A DNA stretch of 64,000 nt from Gammaproteobacteria bacterium (GTDB taxonomy: Bacteria; Pseudomonadota; Gammaproteobacteria; GCA-001735895). Below, piece by piece: positions 9,845 to 20,163 of the stretch. How positions within the stretch are numbered: the stretch's first letter is position 1; every line of letters begins with the position of its first letter. The DNA lies in NCBI GenBank assembly GCA_052030825.1, contig JBPEYE010000392.1, positions 10,012 to 74,011 of the forward strand, written 5' to 3'. Below the pieces are notes generated by a model. That model was not told where the DNA came from, did no database searches, and saw only the letters and a list, made by a program, of their open reading frames with translations. A program made the translations under genes and the position numbers.

Positions 9845-10453
9845 ATGAAAGAAGACGACGAAAAATTGGCCCCGCTGCTCGACGACGAGCCGGACGGGGC
9901 GTCCGCGTCGGCGATCGACGCGGTCATCGATGACGTCAATTTACAGTATCGGTTGCGGCGCTATCGCCTGATCGGCGAAGCGATGCGCCGCGAACTCCCG
10001 CCGGCGATCGACACCGGCTTCCATGCCAGGGTCATGGCCGTGATTGGCGATAAGACTCGCGCCGTGCCGCCACGCCGGTCGCGCAGCGAAACCAGGATCC
10101 CGGAACTGGGTCGTTGGCGGCCCTTCGCCGGCCTCGCGGTGGCCGCCAGCGTCGCCGTCGTCACCGTCGCCTTATGGCAACCGCTGTCGCAGCCGACCGC
10201 CACTCCCGATCAATCGCTGGTCGCAAACGATCAGACAAAAATCGACAATCTGGCCAGTGGGCCATTATCGGGCGGCGCGGTACCGGCGTCGACGCAGATC
10301 CAGTCGCTGGGTCTGCGCTGGAAGGTCGACAAGGATGCGCCGGACCTGCAGCAAAAACTCAACGCTTACCTGGTCAATCACACCGAGTATTCGAACTCGG
10401 TGCAGGGCCTGATTCCGCAGGCCCGGGTCGCCGGATTCGATGCCCGCCAATAG
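9845..10453 (+). CDS. rseA: Anti-sigma-E factor RseA/MucA
   Basis: The N-terminal anti-sigma domain (DVNLQYRLRRYRLIGEAMRRELP) is followed by a single TM helix and a periplasmic C-terminus. Its position is immediately after rpoE. Confidence 0.88.
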   Translation: MKEDDEKLAPLLDDEPDGASASAIDAVIDDVNLQYRLRRYRLIGEAMRRELPPAIDTGFHARVMAVIGDKTRAVPPRRSRSETRIPELGRWRPFAGLAVAASVAVVTVALWQPLSQPTATPDQSLVANDQTKIDNLASGPLSGGAVPASTQIQSLGLRWKVDKDAPDLQQKLNAYLVNHTEYSNSVQGLIPQARVAGFDARQ

Positions 10454-11435
10454 CCGCGTGACGCGCCTCGCGGTAGCGCCGCGGCACGCCCTGGTCAGCG
10501 CGCTGCTGACCTCGCTGGTCAGCCTGCCGGCCTGGGCCGACCCGGCAATGGACTGGGTGCAGCGGATGTCGGACGCGATGCGCAATCTCAACTATCAGGG
10601 GGTTTTCGTCTACATGCACGAGAACCAGCTCGAAAGCATGGAAATTTCGCACCGGCGCGACCTCGGCGGCGAAAAAGAGCGCCTGATTTCGCTCAACGGC
10701 GAGGCGCGTGAAGTGATTCGCGACAACCAGAACCTGACCTGTATCTGGCCGTCGAGCCGCAAGGTGGTCGTCGACTCGTCGCGCAAGAACAGCTTTTCGC
10801 CGATATTCATCCCCGACGATATCGCGCGACTGGAAAAGTTCTACGAACTCAAACTGCTCGGCGAGGACCGCGTCGCCGGCGCCGAAACCGTCGTCGTCCA
10901 CATCGATCCGCGCGACGAGTTTCGCTATGGCATGAAATTCTGGATCAACTCGGCCAACGGCCTGATGATGAAATCCAGCCTGCTCGACGAAAGCGGTCGC
11001 GAAATCGAGCAGGTGATGTTCACCAGCCTGGTGGTTTACGACGATCCCGCCGAACTCGATTTCGATACCATGCCGGAAATCGACGACAGCTACACCCTCA
11101 TACGCTACCACCGAGGCGACGACGAAGTCGGCGAGGGCGATGCTGCCTGGGAGTTGACGCGGGCGCCGCGCGGTTTCTGGCGCGAATCGGTACTCAAGCG
11201 CCTGGTCCCGGAAAGCGGCCAGACCATCCGCCAGATGGTTTACACCGACGGGCTGGCCTCGCTGTCGATTTTCATCGAAAAGCAGGGCAGTGGCACAATT
11301 CAGGGCGGAACCTCGATGGGCGCGGTCAATGCCTACATGCGCCTGCTCGCCGACCATTCCATTACCGCAATCGGCGAAGTCCCGGCAATCACGGTCCGGC
11401 AGGTCGCCGAGGCGGTGACCTATCGCGGCCAATAA
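10440..11435 (+). CDS. rseB: Sigma-E regulatory protein RseB/MucB
   Basis: Signal peptide, then DWVQRMSDAMRNLNYQGVFVY, matching MucB/RseB. It overlaps the rseA end. Confidence 0.9.
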   Translation: MPANSRVTRLAVAPRHALVSALLTSLVSLPAWADPAMDWVQRMSDAMRNLNYQGVFVYMHENQLESMEISHRRDLGGEKERLISLNGEAREVIRDNQNLTCIWPSSRKVVVDSSRKNSFSPIFIPDDIARLEKFYELKLLGEDRVAGAETVVVHIDPRDEFRYGMKFWINSANGLMMKSSLLDESGREIEQVMFTSLVVYDDPAELDFDTMPEIDDSYTLIRYHRGDDEVGEGDAAWELTRAPRGFWRESVLKRLVPESGQTIRQMVYTDGLASLSIFIEKQGSGTIQGGTSMGAVNAYMRLLADHSITAIGEVPAITVRQVAEAVTYRGQ

Positions 11436-11484
11436 ATTGCTTGCCGGTCTACTTTCACGCCCGCTTTAAACCTATAATTCACGC

Positions 11485-11943
11485 ATGATTACCGAACAGG
11501 CGATCGTTCGCCGCGCGGGCGATGCTCGGGTAGAACTGGAGCTTGAGCGCGATTCGAGTTGCGGCGGTTGCGAGGTCCGCGAAGGCTGCGGCGTCGGTGC
11601 GCTGGCGCGCCTGCTGGGGCGCCGCCGCAAGTCGCTGGTCATCGACACCGACCGGCCGTTGCGGCCGGGCGATCGGGTCGTGCTTGCTTTACCCGAACGT
11701 GCCCTGGTCAGGCTCAGCCTGCTGGTGTACGGCCTGCCGCTCTTCGGTTTGCTCGCTGGCACGGTGTTGCCGGCGGCGTTGTGGCCGCAGGCGTCGGACG
11801 CGTGGATGGTATTCGGCGGTGTCGCCGGATTTTGCGTGGGTACGAAGCTGGCGGCGTGGCGGGCGGGCAGTTTGCCACGCGGCCAGTTGCTGCCGAAGAT
11901 CGTCGAGATCGAGGTGAACCCGGCTAATCGATCCGGGTCATAG
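11485..11943 (+). CDS. rseC: Sigma-E regulatory protein RseC/MucC
   Basis: Small protein with an N-terminal CGGCEVREGCG motif and two C-terminal TM helices, typical of RseC. Confidence 0.85.
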   Translation: MITEQAIVRRAGDARVELELERDSSCGGCEVREGCGVGALARLLGRRRKSLVIDTDRPLRPGDRVVLALPERALVRLSLLVYGLPLFGLLAGTVLPAALWPQASDAWMVFGGVAGFCVGTKLAAWRAGSLPRGQLLPKIVEIEVNPANRSGS

Positions 11944-11976
11944 GAATATTACTTTTCAATCTGGAAACTGAATCGC

Positions 11977-13395
11977 ATGAAATTTCTCAGCCGGATGATC
12001 CAGGCCACGATACTGGTGGCCATCGTCAACCTGCCGCTGGCCGCGCAGGCCGCGTTGCCGGACTTCACCACGATCGTCGAAGACGCCAAGGACTCGGTGG
12101 TCAACATCAGCACCAAGACGCGCGCGCGGCGCAGTAGCAAGCGCGATTTCAAGCTGCCGGATATCCCGGAAGATTCGCCCTTCGGCGAACTCTTCGACAA
12201 GTTCTTCGATCCGGAGGATTTCAACCGGCGTCGCGATGCCGAGTCGCTGGGTTCGGGGTTCGTCATTTCCGAGGACGGCTATATCCTGACCAACCATCAC
12301 GTCGTCAGCGGCGCCGACGAGGTGATCGTGCGCATGGCCAATCGCAAGGAATACGTCGCCAGGTTGATAGGCTCTGACGAGGCCTCCGACGTCGCGGTGC
12401 TGAAGGTCGACGCGGACGACCTGCCGGTACTGAAATACGGCGACTCGGATGATCTCAAGGTCGGCGAGTGGGTGCTTGCGATCGGTTCGCCGTTCGGCTT
12501 CGATCACACCGTGACCGCCGGCATCGTCAGTGCCAAGGGGCGCAGCCTGCCGAGCGACAACTACGTGCCTTTCATTCAGACCGACGTCGCGATCAACCCG
12601 GGCAACTCGGGCGGACCGCTGTTCAATCTCGACGGCGAGGTCGTCGGCATCAATTCACAGATCTACAGTCGCACCGGCGGCTTCATGGGTTTGTCGTTCG
12701 CAATCCCGATCGAGATGGCGGTCGACGTTGCCAACCAGATCAAGGAGACCGGCACCGTGTCTCGCGGCTGGCTCGGCGTCCTGATCCAGGAAGTCACGCG
12801 CGAGTTGGCCGAATCCTTCGGTATGCAGAATCCGCACGGCGCGCTCGTTGCCAAGGTCATGGATGACAGCCCGGCAGCCGCGGCCGGCCTCGAGGTCGGC
12901 GACGTGATCGTCGAATTCAACGGCAAGAAAGTCATGCGCTCGAGCGCGTTGCCGCCGCTGGTCGGCCGCGCCAAGGTCGGCAAGCGCGCCGAGGTCGTCG
13001 TCATTCGCGACCAGAAGCGCACGAAAATTGGCGTGACCATCGCACAATTGCCGTCCTCGATTACCCAGGCCGCGTATTCGCCCGACGCGAACGCGCCGGC
13101 CCAGGAATCGGCGCTTGGCATGAAGGTCGAAAAACTCGGCAGCGCGGCGCGCAAGCGACTCAATATCGACAAGGGCGTCGAGGTTGCCGAAGTCGACGAG
13201 TTCGGGCCCGCCAGCGAAGCCGGCGTACTCAAGGGCGACGTGATCACGATGATCGACAACCGCGAAATCGAAAGCGTCGAGGACTTCGAGGATATCGCCG
13301 CCGAACTTAAGTCCGGGAAGTCGGTTGCGCTGCTCGTGCAGCGTCGCAGCGGTCCGGTATTTCTCGCCATTCGACCCGACGCCGACGAGGGCTGA
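11977..13395 (+). CDS. degP: Periplasmic serine endoprotease DegP/MucD (HtrA family, two PDZ domains)
   Basis: Signal peptide; trypsin-like catalytic motifs (TNHHVV...DVAVLKV...GNSGGPL); two PDZ-like segments. This is the fifth gene of the algU-mucABCD-like operon. Confidence 0.93.
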   Translation: MKFLSRMIQATILVAIVNLPLAAQAALPDFTTIVEDAKDSVVNISTKTRARRSSKRDFKLPDIPEDSPFGELFDKFFDPEDFNRRRDAESLGSGFVISEDGYILTNHHVVSGADEVIVRMANRKEYVARLIGSDEASDVAVLKVDADDLPVLKYGDSDDLKVGEWVLAIGSPFGFDHTVTAGIVSAKGRSLPSDNYVPFIQTDVAINPGNSGGPLFNLDGEVVGINSQIYSRTGGFMGLSFAIPIEMAVDVANQIKETGTVSRGWLGVLIQEVTRELAESFGMQNPHGALVAKVMDDSPAAAAGLEVGDVIVEFNGKKVMRSSALPPLVGRAKVGKRAEVVVIRDQKRTKIGVTIAQLPSSITQAAYSPDANAPAQESALGMKVEKLGSAARKRLNIDKGVEVAEVDEFGPASEAGVLKGDVITMIDNREIESVEDFEDIAAELKSGKSVALLVQRRSGPVFLAIRPDADEG

Positions 13396-13408
13396 AAGCT
13401 CGAGCCGC

Positions 13409-13648
13409 TTGCGACTGACGCTTTATTACCGCGAACAATGCCACCTGTGCGACGCGATGCGCAAATCGCTACATGCGTTTTCGCGTCGGCACCGACCGCT
13501 GGAGTGGCGCGAAGTCGATATCGATCGTGATCCGGAGTTGATCCGCCGCTATGACGCCCGGGTACCTGTCCTGTGTCTCGGTGAGCGCGAAATCTGCCAT
13601 TTCTTTTTCGACGAATCGGCATTGCTAGCCGCGCTGGCTTTGACGTAA
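13409..13648 (+). CDS. Glutaredoxin-like protein (DUF836/Grx2-family thioredoxin fold)
   Basis: [15 protein letters not shown] contains a CxxC motif in a thioredoxin-fold context. A likely TTG start at 13409 sits just after the degP stop. The track start at 13325 overlaps degP and is probably too early. Confidence 0.6.
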   Translation: MRLTLYYREQCHLCDAMRKSLHAFSRRHRPLEWREVDIDRDPELIRRYDARVPVLCLGEREICHFFFDESALLAALALT

Positions 13649-13728
13649 ACTTCGCGGGTTTTAATCAGCGCCCGGCCGGGGCGTCGGACGGCTCGCAGTT
13701 GACCGGCCGGGACGAACTACGCAGGCGC

Positions 13729-15519
13729 ATGGATTCAATACGCAACTTTTCGATCATCGCCCACATCGATCACGGAAAATCCACCCTCGCCGATCGCTTC
13801 ATCCAGCTCTGCGGCGGCTTGAGCGATCGTGAGATGGAGGCACAGGTGCTCGATTCGATGGATCTCGAGCGTGAGCGCGGGATCACGATCAAGGCGCAGA
13901 CCGTGTCGCTGAACTACCGCGCGCGCGACGGCCAGGACTACGTGCTCAATCTCATCGATACCCCCGGGCACGTCGATTTTTCCTACGAGGTCTCGCGCTC
14001 GCTGGCGGCCTGCGAGGGCGCACTGCTGATCGTCGACGCGTCGCAGGGTGTCGAGGCGCAAAGCGTTGCCAACTGCTATACCGCGATCGATCTGGACCTC
14101 GAGGTCATCCCGGTGCTCAACAAGATCGACCTGCCGGCCGCCGATCCCGACCGGGTGCGACGCGAGATCGAGGAAATCATCGGCCTCGACACCAGCGATG
14201 CGCTCGAAGTCAGCGCCAAGACCGGCGAGGGCGTTGCCGAACTGCTGGAGCAAATCATCGAAAAGATCCCGCCGCCGCGCGGGTCGGTCGAGCACAAGAC
14301 CCAGGCCCTGATCATCGATTCGTGGTTCGATCCCTACGTCGGCGTGATTACGCTGGTGCGCGTCGTCGAGGGCCGGATCGCGCCGAAACAGAAGATCCGC
14401 ATGATGTCGAGCGGTCGCGAGTTTCTGGTCGAAAAGGTCGGCGTGTTTACGCCCAAACGTCGCGATACCGCGGAATTGGCGGCGGGTGGTGTCGGTTACA
14501 TCATTGCCGGAATCAAGGACATCGAGTCGGCGCGCGTCGGCGACACGATCACGCTGGCGCAGGCGCCGGCGGATGCGCCGCTGCCCGACTTCAAGCAGGT
14601 CCAGCCGCGTGTCTTCGCGGGATTGTTCCCGGTCAATTCGGAAGATTACGAGGATACCCGCGAAGCGCTGCGCAAGCTCAAGCTCAACGACGCGTCGCTG
14701 CATTTCGAGCCGGAAACCTCGCAGGCGCTGGGATTCGGCTTCCGCTGCGGCTTTCTCGGACTGCTGCACATGGAGATCGTGCAGGAGCGGCTCGAGCGCG
14801 AATACGCGCTCGACCTGATTACCACCGCCCCGACCGTCGTCTACCAGGTCGAAACGACGTCCGGGGAGACGATCGAAATTCACAATCCGGCCGATTTGCC
14901 GCCGGTCAACAAGATCGAGCGAATCCTCGAGCCGATTATCCAGGCCAATATCCTGCTGCCCGAAGACTACATCGGCGCGGTCATCGCGCTGTGCATCGAA
15001 AAGCGTGGTGCGCAAAAAGACATGCAGTTTCTCGGTCACCAGGTGTCGCTGGTTTTCGAACTGCCGCTGTCGGAAGTCGTGCTCGATTTTTTCGATCGCC
15101 TCAAGTCGGTCAGTCGAGGCTATGCGTCCTTCGATTACGAGTTCCTGCGTTTCGAGCCGTCCGACCTGGTCAAGCTCGACGTGCTGATCAACGGCGAACG
15201 GGTCGATGCGCTGTCGCTGATCGTCCATCGCGGCAACGCCGAGTATCGCGGCCGCGAGCTGGCGTCGAAAATGAAGGAGCTGATCCCGCGACAACTGTTC
15301 GACGTCGCGATTCAGGCCGCGATCGGTAGCAACGTGATCGCGCGCACCAACGTCAAGGCGCTGCGCAAGAACGTGACCGCCAAGTGCTACGGCGGTGACG
15401 TCACGCGCAAGCGAAAATTGCTTGAGAAGCAAAAAGCCGGTAAAAAGCGCATGAAGCAGGTAGGCAGCGTTGAAATTCCGCAGGACGCGTTTCTCGCAGT
15501 ACTTAAGGTAGAAAATTGA
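13729..15519 (+). CDS. lepA: Elongation factor 4 (ribosomal back-translocase LepA)
   Basis: [24 protein letters not shown]1 motif, DTPGHVDF and NKIDL. The true start is the Met at 13729, not the track start at 13699. Confidence 0.95.
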   Translation: MDSIRNFSIIAHIDHGKSTLADRFIQLCGGLSDREMEAQVLDSMDLERERGITIKAQTVSLNYRARDGQDYVLNLIDTPGHVDFSYEVSRSLAACEGALLIVDASQGVEAQSVANCYTAIDLDLEVIPVLNKIDLPAADPDRVRREIEEIIGLDTSDALEVSAKTGEGVAELLEQIIEKIPPPRGSVEHKTQALIIDSWFDPYVGVITLVRVVEGRIAPKQKIRMMSSGREFLVEKVGVFTPKRRDTAELAAGGVGYIIAGIKDIESARVGDTITLAQAPADAPLPDFKQVQPRVFAGLFPVNSEDYEDTREALRKLKLNDASLHFEPETSQALGFGFRCGFLGLLHMEIVQERLEREYALDLITTAPTVVYQVETTSGETIEIHNPADLPPVNKIERILEPIIQANILLPEDYIGAVIALCIEKRGAQKDMQFLGHQVSLVFELPLSEVVLDFFDRLKSVSRGYASFDYEFLRFEPSDLVKLDVLINGERVDALSLIVHRGNAEYRGRELASKMKELIPRQLFDVAIQAAIGSNVIARTNVKALRKNVTAKCYGGDVTRKRKLLEKQKAGKKRMKQVGSVEIPQDAFLAVLKVEN

Positions 15520-15543
15520 TCACAGCCCCGGAGCGCGTCGATC

Positions 15544-16371
15544 GTGCATTTTGATTTCGAGTTATTGCTGCTGGTCCTGACGCTGGTCAGCGGCCTGATC
15601 TGGTTGCTCGACTGGGCGCTGTTCGCGCGCCTGCGACAAGAGCCGGCGACCAGCAAGACGCGGGGCGAACCCGTCGTCGTCGAGTACTCCAAGGCGTTTT
15701 TCCCGGTGTTGCTCGCGGTACTCCTGCTGCGCGCGTTTCTGTACGAACCGTTTCGCATTCCGTCCGGTTCGATGATGCCGTCGCTGCTGGTTGGCGATTT
15801 CATTCTCGTCAACAAATTTGCCTACGGGCTGCGCGCGCCGGTCTGGCACACGCCGCTGACTTCGGGCAAGTCGCCCGAGCGCGGCGATGTCGTGGTATTC
15901 CGGTTTCCCAACGACGAGTCGCAGGATTACATCAAACGCGTCATCGGTTTGCCGGGTGATCATATTAGTTACTATAATCGAAGGTTGAAGATCAACGACA
16001 AGCCACTGAAAGTTGAGAAAAACGGGATCTATCAGGGCCTGGGCGACGCCAACGCCATGCTCGGCGCCGGCGGCTGCGACCGGGTCGGCGCGCGCTGCGA
16101 AATCTTTGTCGAGCAGATCGGCGACACGGGCTATACGGTCATGACCAATCCGTCCACGGCCTACAGCCTGAACGGCGAAATCTTCGTGCCCGAGGGGCAT
16201 TACTTCGTCATGGGCGACAACCGCGATCACAGCAACGATAGCCGCCACTGGGGATTCGTTCCCGAACGCAACCTCGTCGGCCGCGCCGACCTGATCTGGT
16301 TGCACTGGGATTTCCGTGGCAAGGGCACCGGTTTCGACTGGTCGCGGATCGGCAAGAAAATTTCGAACTGA
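15544..16371 (+). CDS. lepB: Signal peptidase I
   Basis: The SGSMMPSL catalytic Ser box, KRVIGLPGD and GDNRDHSNDSRHWGFVP boxes are present. It follows lepA. Confidence 0.93.
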   Translation: MHFDFELLLLVLTLVSGLIWLLDWALFARLRQEPATSKTRGEPVVVEYSKAFFPVLLAVLLLRAFLYEPFRIPSGSMMPSLLVGDFILVNKFAYGLRAPVWHTPLTSGKSPERGDVVVFRFPNDESQDYIKRVIGLPGDHISYYNRRLKINDKPLKVEKNGIYQGLGDANAMLGAGGCDRVGARCEIFVEQIGDTGYTVMTNPSTAYSLNGEIFVPEGHYFVMGDNRDHSNDSRHWGFVPERNLVGRADLIWLHWDFRGKGTGFDWSRIGKKISN

Positions 16372-16381
16372 GGCAGAAACG

Positions 16382-16765
16382 ATGATAAGACGAACCGAAA
16401 GCAGGCGCTCGCAACGCGGGTTGTCGACCGTCGGGTGGATCGGCGTAGTCGCGATCTTCGGCCTGTTATTGATCACATTTTTCAGGGTTTTCCCGATGTA
16501 CTACGAAAACTTCAAGGTCAAGAAAGCGCTTACCGGGCTGGCCGAGGATTCGACGCTCGACGTCAAGTCGAAGCGCGCAATCTGGGAAGCCTTGCAAAAG
16601 CGGCTTTACGTCGATGAAGTTCGCTCGATCAAGCGCGAAGACGTGACCATCGAGCGCGCCGACAACCAGACCACGGTGACGATCAGCTACGAGGCCCGCG
16701 ACGACTACGTCGCCAATCTCTTTATCGGTGGGCGTTTCGTCGAGAGCGTCACGATCGATCGGTGA
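16382..16765 (+). CDS. DUF4845 domain protein (conserved lepB-rnc intergenic gene)
   Basis: Has an N-terminal TM helix. The same short gene sits between lepB and rnc in Pseudomonas. The true start is the ATG at 16382, with a GAAAC-G-ATG context. Confidence 0.7.
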   Translation: MIRRTESRRSQRGLSTVGWIGVVAIFGLLLITFFRVFPMYYENFKVKKALTGLAEDSTLDVKSKRAIWEALQKRLYVDEVRSIKREDVTIERADNQTTVTISYEARDDYVANLFIGGRFVESVTIDR

Positions 16766-17433
16766 ACGCGGACCGGTTTTTTGCCCTAACCGAGTATCAA
16801 TTCGAGCAAGCGGACTTACTGCGCCAGGCGCTGACCCACCGCAGCCATGCTCGCACGGCCAACAACGAGCGGCTCGAGTTCCTCGGCGACAGCGTGCTCG
16901 GCCTGATCATATCCCGGCAGATCTATGCGCGTTTCGGCGAGGCCAGCGAGGGCAAACTCAGCCGCATGCGCGCCGCGCTCGTGAAAAAGCAGACGCTGGC
17001 CGAAATTGCCCGCTCGATCGACCTCGGCGAGCACCTGCACCTCGGTAGCGGCGAACTCAAGAGTGGCGGTTTTCGGCGCGAGTCGATCCTCGCCGATGCG
17101 CTCGAAGCGATTATTGGCGCGGTTTACCTCGATGGCGGCGAAAGCGCCGCCGAAGGGGTCGTGTTGCGGCTCTACGGAAACCGGCTCGACGCGCTCAGCG
17201 AAGCGCAGCAACTCAAGGATGCGAAAACGCGCCTGCAGGAATACCTGCAGGCACGCAAGATGGCGTTACCGAGTTACCGCGTCGAGCAAACCTCCGGCAA
17301 GGCCCACGACCAGACTTTCACCGTCAGCTGCAAGCTCGCCGATCTCGGCTTGCAAAGCAACGGCCGCGGCTCGAGTCGCAAGCAGGCCGAGCAGCAGGCG
17401 GCGCAGGAAATGCTGGCGAGATTGAAGCCGTGA
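16762..17433 (+). CDS. rnc: Ribonuclease III
   Basis: RNase III signature ERLEFLGDSVLG plus a C-terminal dsRBD. The GTG start overlaps the upstream stop (GTGA). Confidence 0.95.
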   Translation: MNADRFFALTEYQFEQADLLRQALTHRSHARTANNERLEFLGDSVLGLIISRQIYARFGEASEGKLSRMRAALVKKQTLAEIARSIDLGEHLHLGSGELKSGGFRRESILADALEAIIGAVYLDGGESAAEGVVLRLYGNRLDALSEAQQLKDAKTRLQEYLQARKMALPSYRVEQTSGKAHDQTFTVSCKLADLGLQSNGRGSSRKQAEQQAAQEMLARLKP

Positions 17434-18332
17434 GCGCAGGTTTTCGTTGCGGCCACGTAGCGCTGGTGGGTAAACCCAATACCGGCAAATCGACGCTGAT
17501 GAACGCGCTGCTCGGTGAGAAAATCAGTATCACCGCGCATCGGCCGCAAACCACCCGCCACCAGATTCTCGGAATCCTGACCCGTGATGCCTACCAGTGC
17601 GTGTTCATCGATACGCCGGGCCTCCATGACGGACGCAAGAAAGCGATTCATCGCTACATGAATCGCGCCGCGAACAGCGTGCTCGACGATGCCGACGTCA
17701 TTTGCCTGCTCGTCGATGCGACCGACTTCGACGATGACGACGCGAAAATCCTTGCCCGGATCGGCAGCCGCGAGAACGCCTTGGTGGTATTGAACAAGAT
17801 CGATCGAATCGCGCGCGAGGACTGCCTGCCGCAGATCGAGCGCATCGCCGGATATGCCCCCGGGCGCGAAATCGTGCCGATTTCGGCGCTCAAGCGCGAC
17901 AACCTCGAGACCCTGCTCGAGGTCATCGCCAATCGCCTGCCGCCGGCGCCGCCGCTGTATCCGGACGACCAGCTGACCGACCGGTCGATGCGCTTCGTCG
18001 CCGCCGAAATCGTGCGCGAGAAGCTGTTCCGTGCCCTCGAGCGGGAGCTGCCTTACTCGATCACGGTCAATGTAGACCATTACGTCGACGAAGCGGACCT
18101 GACCCGAATCTCGGCCACCATCTGGGTCGAGCGCAAGTCGCAGAAAGCGATCGTCATCGGCAAGCAGGGGGCGGGGCTCAAACGCGTAGGCTCGCTTGCC
18201 CGCGCCGATCTCGAGCGCCTGCTCGGGCGCCGGGTCTACCTGCAGCTGTGGGTCAAGCACCGCGAGGACTGGGCCGACGACGAACGATCGCTGGCCGCTT
18301 TCGGTTATTCCGATGCAGAACCGGGTCACTGA
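17430..18332 (+). CDS. era: GTPase Era
   Basis: GKPNTGKSTL G1 motif, DTPG and NKID, plus a C-terminal KH domain. The GTG start overlaps the rnc stop (GTGA). Confidence 0.95.
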   Translation: MSAGFRCGHVALVGKPNTGKSTLMNALLGEKISITAHRPQTTRHQILGILTRDAYQCVFIDTPGLHDGRKKAIHRYMNRAANSVLDDADVICLLVDATDFDDDDAKILARIGSRENALVVLNKIDRIAREDCLPQIERIAGYAPGREIVPISALKRDNLETLLEVIANRLPPAPPLYPDDQLTDRSMRFVAAEIVREKLFRALERELPYSITVNVDHYVDEADLTRISATIWVERKSQKAIVIGKQGAGLKRVGSLARADLERLLGRRVYLQLWVKHREDWADDERSLAAFGYSDAEPGH

Positions 18333-19011
18333 TCAGCCAGGGTATATCCTGCGCCGTCGCGATTGGCGCGATACCAGCCTGATACTCGACGTTCTGACCC
18401 GCGAGCACGGTTGCATCAGCCTGCTCGCGAAGGGTGCGCGCCGGGCTTCGCGCCGGGCTTGCTACGAGCCTTTCGTCGCCCTGTCCCTGAGCTGGAGCGG
18501 ACGCGCCGAACTCAAGACCCTGACCGGGATCGAGAGCGAAACGCTCGACGTCGATGCCGCCAATTACCTGCTGCTACTGTATGTCAACGAGCTGATTGCG
18601 GCATTGTTGCCGCGCCACGACGCCAACGACGCGATCTTCGACGCCTACAGTGAACTGCTGGCGCGCGCGCGACGCCCGATCGGCGAGCCGGAACTGCGGC
18701 GTTTTGAACTGACGCTGGTACGCCAGCTGGGTTACTTCCCGGATATCTCGCGCGACGCCGAGAGCGGCGCAGGCATCGATCCCGCCGCGAGTTACCGCTT
18801 CGAGCTCGATGCCGGTTTCATCGCCTGCGATGCCGCGGCAGGCGACGCGGTGCTCGGCCGCACGGTGCTCGACTGGCTCGACGAACGCTATGACGCGGCA
18901 CCGGTGCGACAACTCGCGAGCGCGGTGCTGCGCGCGACGATTGACTGTAACTTGCATGGAAAAACGCTAAAATCCCGCGAAGTTTACGCACAAATCGTGA
19001 GGCGCAAATGA
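18313..19011 (+). CDS. recO: DNA repair protein RecO
   Basis: The position after era and the N-terminal OB-fold-like region ([23 protein letters not shown]) support RecO. The likely start is the internal Met at 18313; the track start at 18196 overlaps era. Confidence 0.8.
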   Translation: MQNRVTDQPGYILRRRDWRDTSLILDVLTREHGCISLLAKGARRASRRACYEPFVALSLSWSGRAELKTLTGIESETLDVDAANYLLLLYVNELIAALLPRHDANDAIFDAYSELLARARRPIGEPELRRFELTLVRQLGYFPDISRDAESGAGIDPAASYRFELDAGFIACDAAAGDAVLGRTVLDWLDERYDAAPVRQLASAVLRATIDCNLHGKTLKSREVYAQIVRRK

Positions 19012-19748
19012 ATCACCCGATCACGCTCGGGGTCAATATCGATCACGTCGCGACGCTGCGCCAGGCGCGCGGCACGCGCTTTCCCGATCCTGTTTACGCG
19101 GCCCAGATCGCCGAATATGCCGGTGCCGACTCGATCACCTTTCACCTGCGCGAAGATCGGCGCCATATCCAGGAACGCGATGCGCTGCTGCTCAAGCAGG
19201 TGGTCAACACCAAGCTCAATCTCGAGATGGCGGTTACCGCCGAGATGCTCGAATTCGCCTGCGAGTTGCGCGCCGAGGACGTTTGCCTGGTGCCCGAAAA
19301 ACGCGAGGAACTGACCACCGAGGGTGGCCTCGACGTCGCCGGTCAGCTCGAGCAGGTCAGGGCAGCCTGCGCGCGTCTGGCCGAGGTCGGTACACGCGTC
19401 TCGCCGTTCATCGACGCCAGCCGCGAGCAAATCGATGCGGTGGTCGAGTGCGGCGCACCCTGTATCGAGATCCACACCGGCCATTACGCCGACGCCCGCG
19501 GCGCGGAACGCGACGCGTTGCTTGCCGGCATCAACGAGGCCGTGGCCTACGCCAGCGAGCGCGGCCTGCAGGTTAACGCGGGTCACGGTCTCAACCGGCA
19601 CAACGTCCGGCCGATCGCTGCCAACCCGCAGATCACCGAGCTCAACATCGGTCACGCGATCGTCGCCGACGCGGTATTCGTCGGTTTCGCGCGGGCGGTG
19701 GCGGACATCAAGCAGCTGATGCTGGACGCCCGGGCGCGGGGATCATGA
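19008..19748 (+). CDS. pdxJ: Pyridoxine 5'-phosphate synthase
   Basis: [18 protein letters not shown]...[14 protein letters not shown] is the canonical PdxJ N-terminus. The ATG overlaps the recO stop (ATGA). Confidence 0.95.
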   Translation: MNHPITLGVNIDHVATLRQARGTRFPDPVYAAQIAEYAGADSITFHLREDRRHIQERDALLLKQVVNTKLNLEMAVTAEMLEFACELRAEDVCLVPEKREELTTEGGLDVAGQLEQVRAACARLAEVGTRVSPFIDASREQIDAVVECGAPCIEIHTGHYADARGAERDALLAGINEAVAYASERGLQVNAGHGLNRHNVRPIAANPQITELNIGHAIVADAVFVGFARAVADIKQLMLDARARGS

Positions 19749-20122
19749 TCGCGGGCATCGGCGTCGACATTGCCGAGACCGCCCGATTCGAAGCCGTGCT
19801 CGCGCGTTACGGCGAGCGTTTCGCGCGGCGGGTGCTGACCGAGCCCGAGCGCGCCGAGTTCGAGCGCCGACGCCGGTCGGCCGCCTACCTCGCGACCCGT
19901 TTCGCCGCCAAGGAAGCGGTGGCCAAGGCGCTCGGCACCGGCATCGGGCGTGATCTGTCGTTTCAGTCGGTGCAGGTCGACAACGACGATCGCGGGCGCC
20001 CGCTGCTGCGTTTTGTCGCCGCGGGCGAGCGACTGGCCGCGCAACGCGGGATTCGCAACGCCCTGTTATCACTCTCCGACGAGAAACACTACGTCGTCGC
20101 GATGGTCGTCCTCGAGGCCTGA
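19745..20122 (+). CDS. acpS: Holo-[acyl-carrier-protein] synthase
   Basis: [11 protein letters not shown]...[16 protein letters not shown] is the AcpS phosphopantetheinyl transferase family signature. The ATG overlaps the pdxJ stop (ATGA). Confidence 0.93.
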   Translation: MIAGIGVDIAETARFEAVLARYGERFARRVLTEPERAEFERRRRSAAYLATRFAAKEAVAKALGTGIGRDLSFQSVQVDNDDRGRPLLRFVAAGERLAAQRGIRNALLSLSDEKHYVVAMVVLEA

Positions 20123-20163
20123 ACCGCCCGAACCCCGGCGGCCCGGTTTCGTCGCCGACCGCC

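Noticed and set aside
20123-20163. Bidirectional intrinsic terminator between convergent acpS and the GacS-like kinase.
   Set aside because: - Only a short imperfect GC-rich stem (CGAACCCCGGCGGCCCGGTTTCG) without a clear U-run on either strand.
- Evidence too weak to call.
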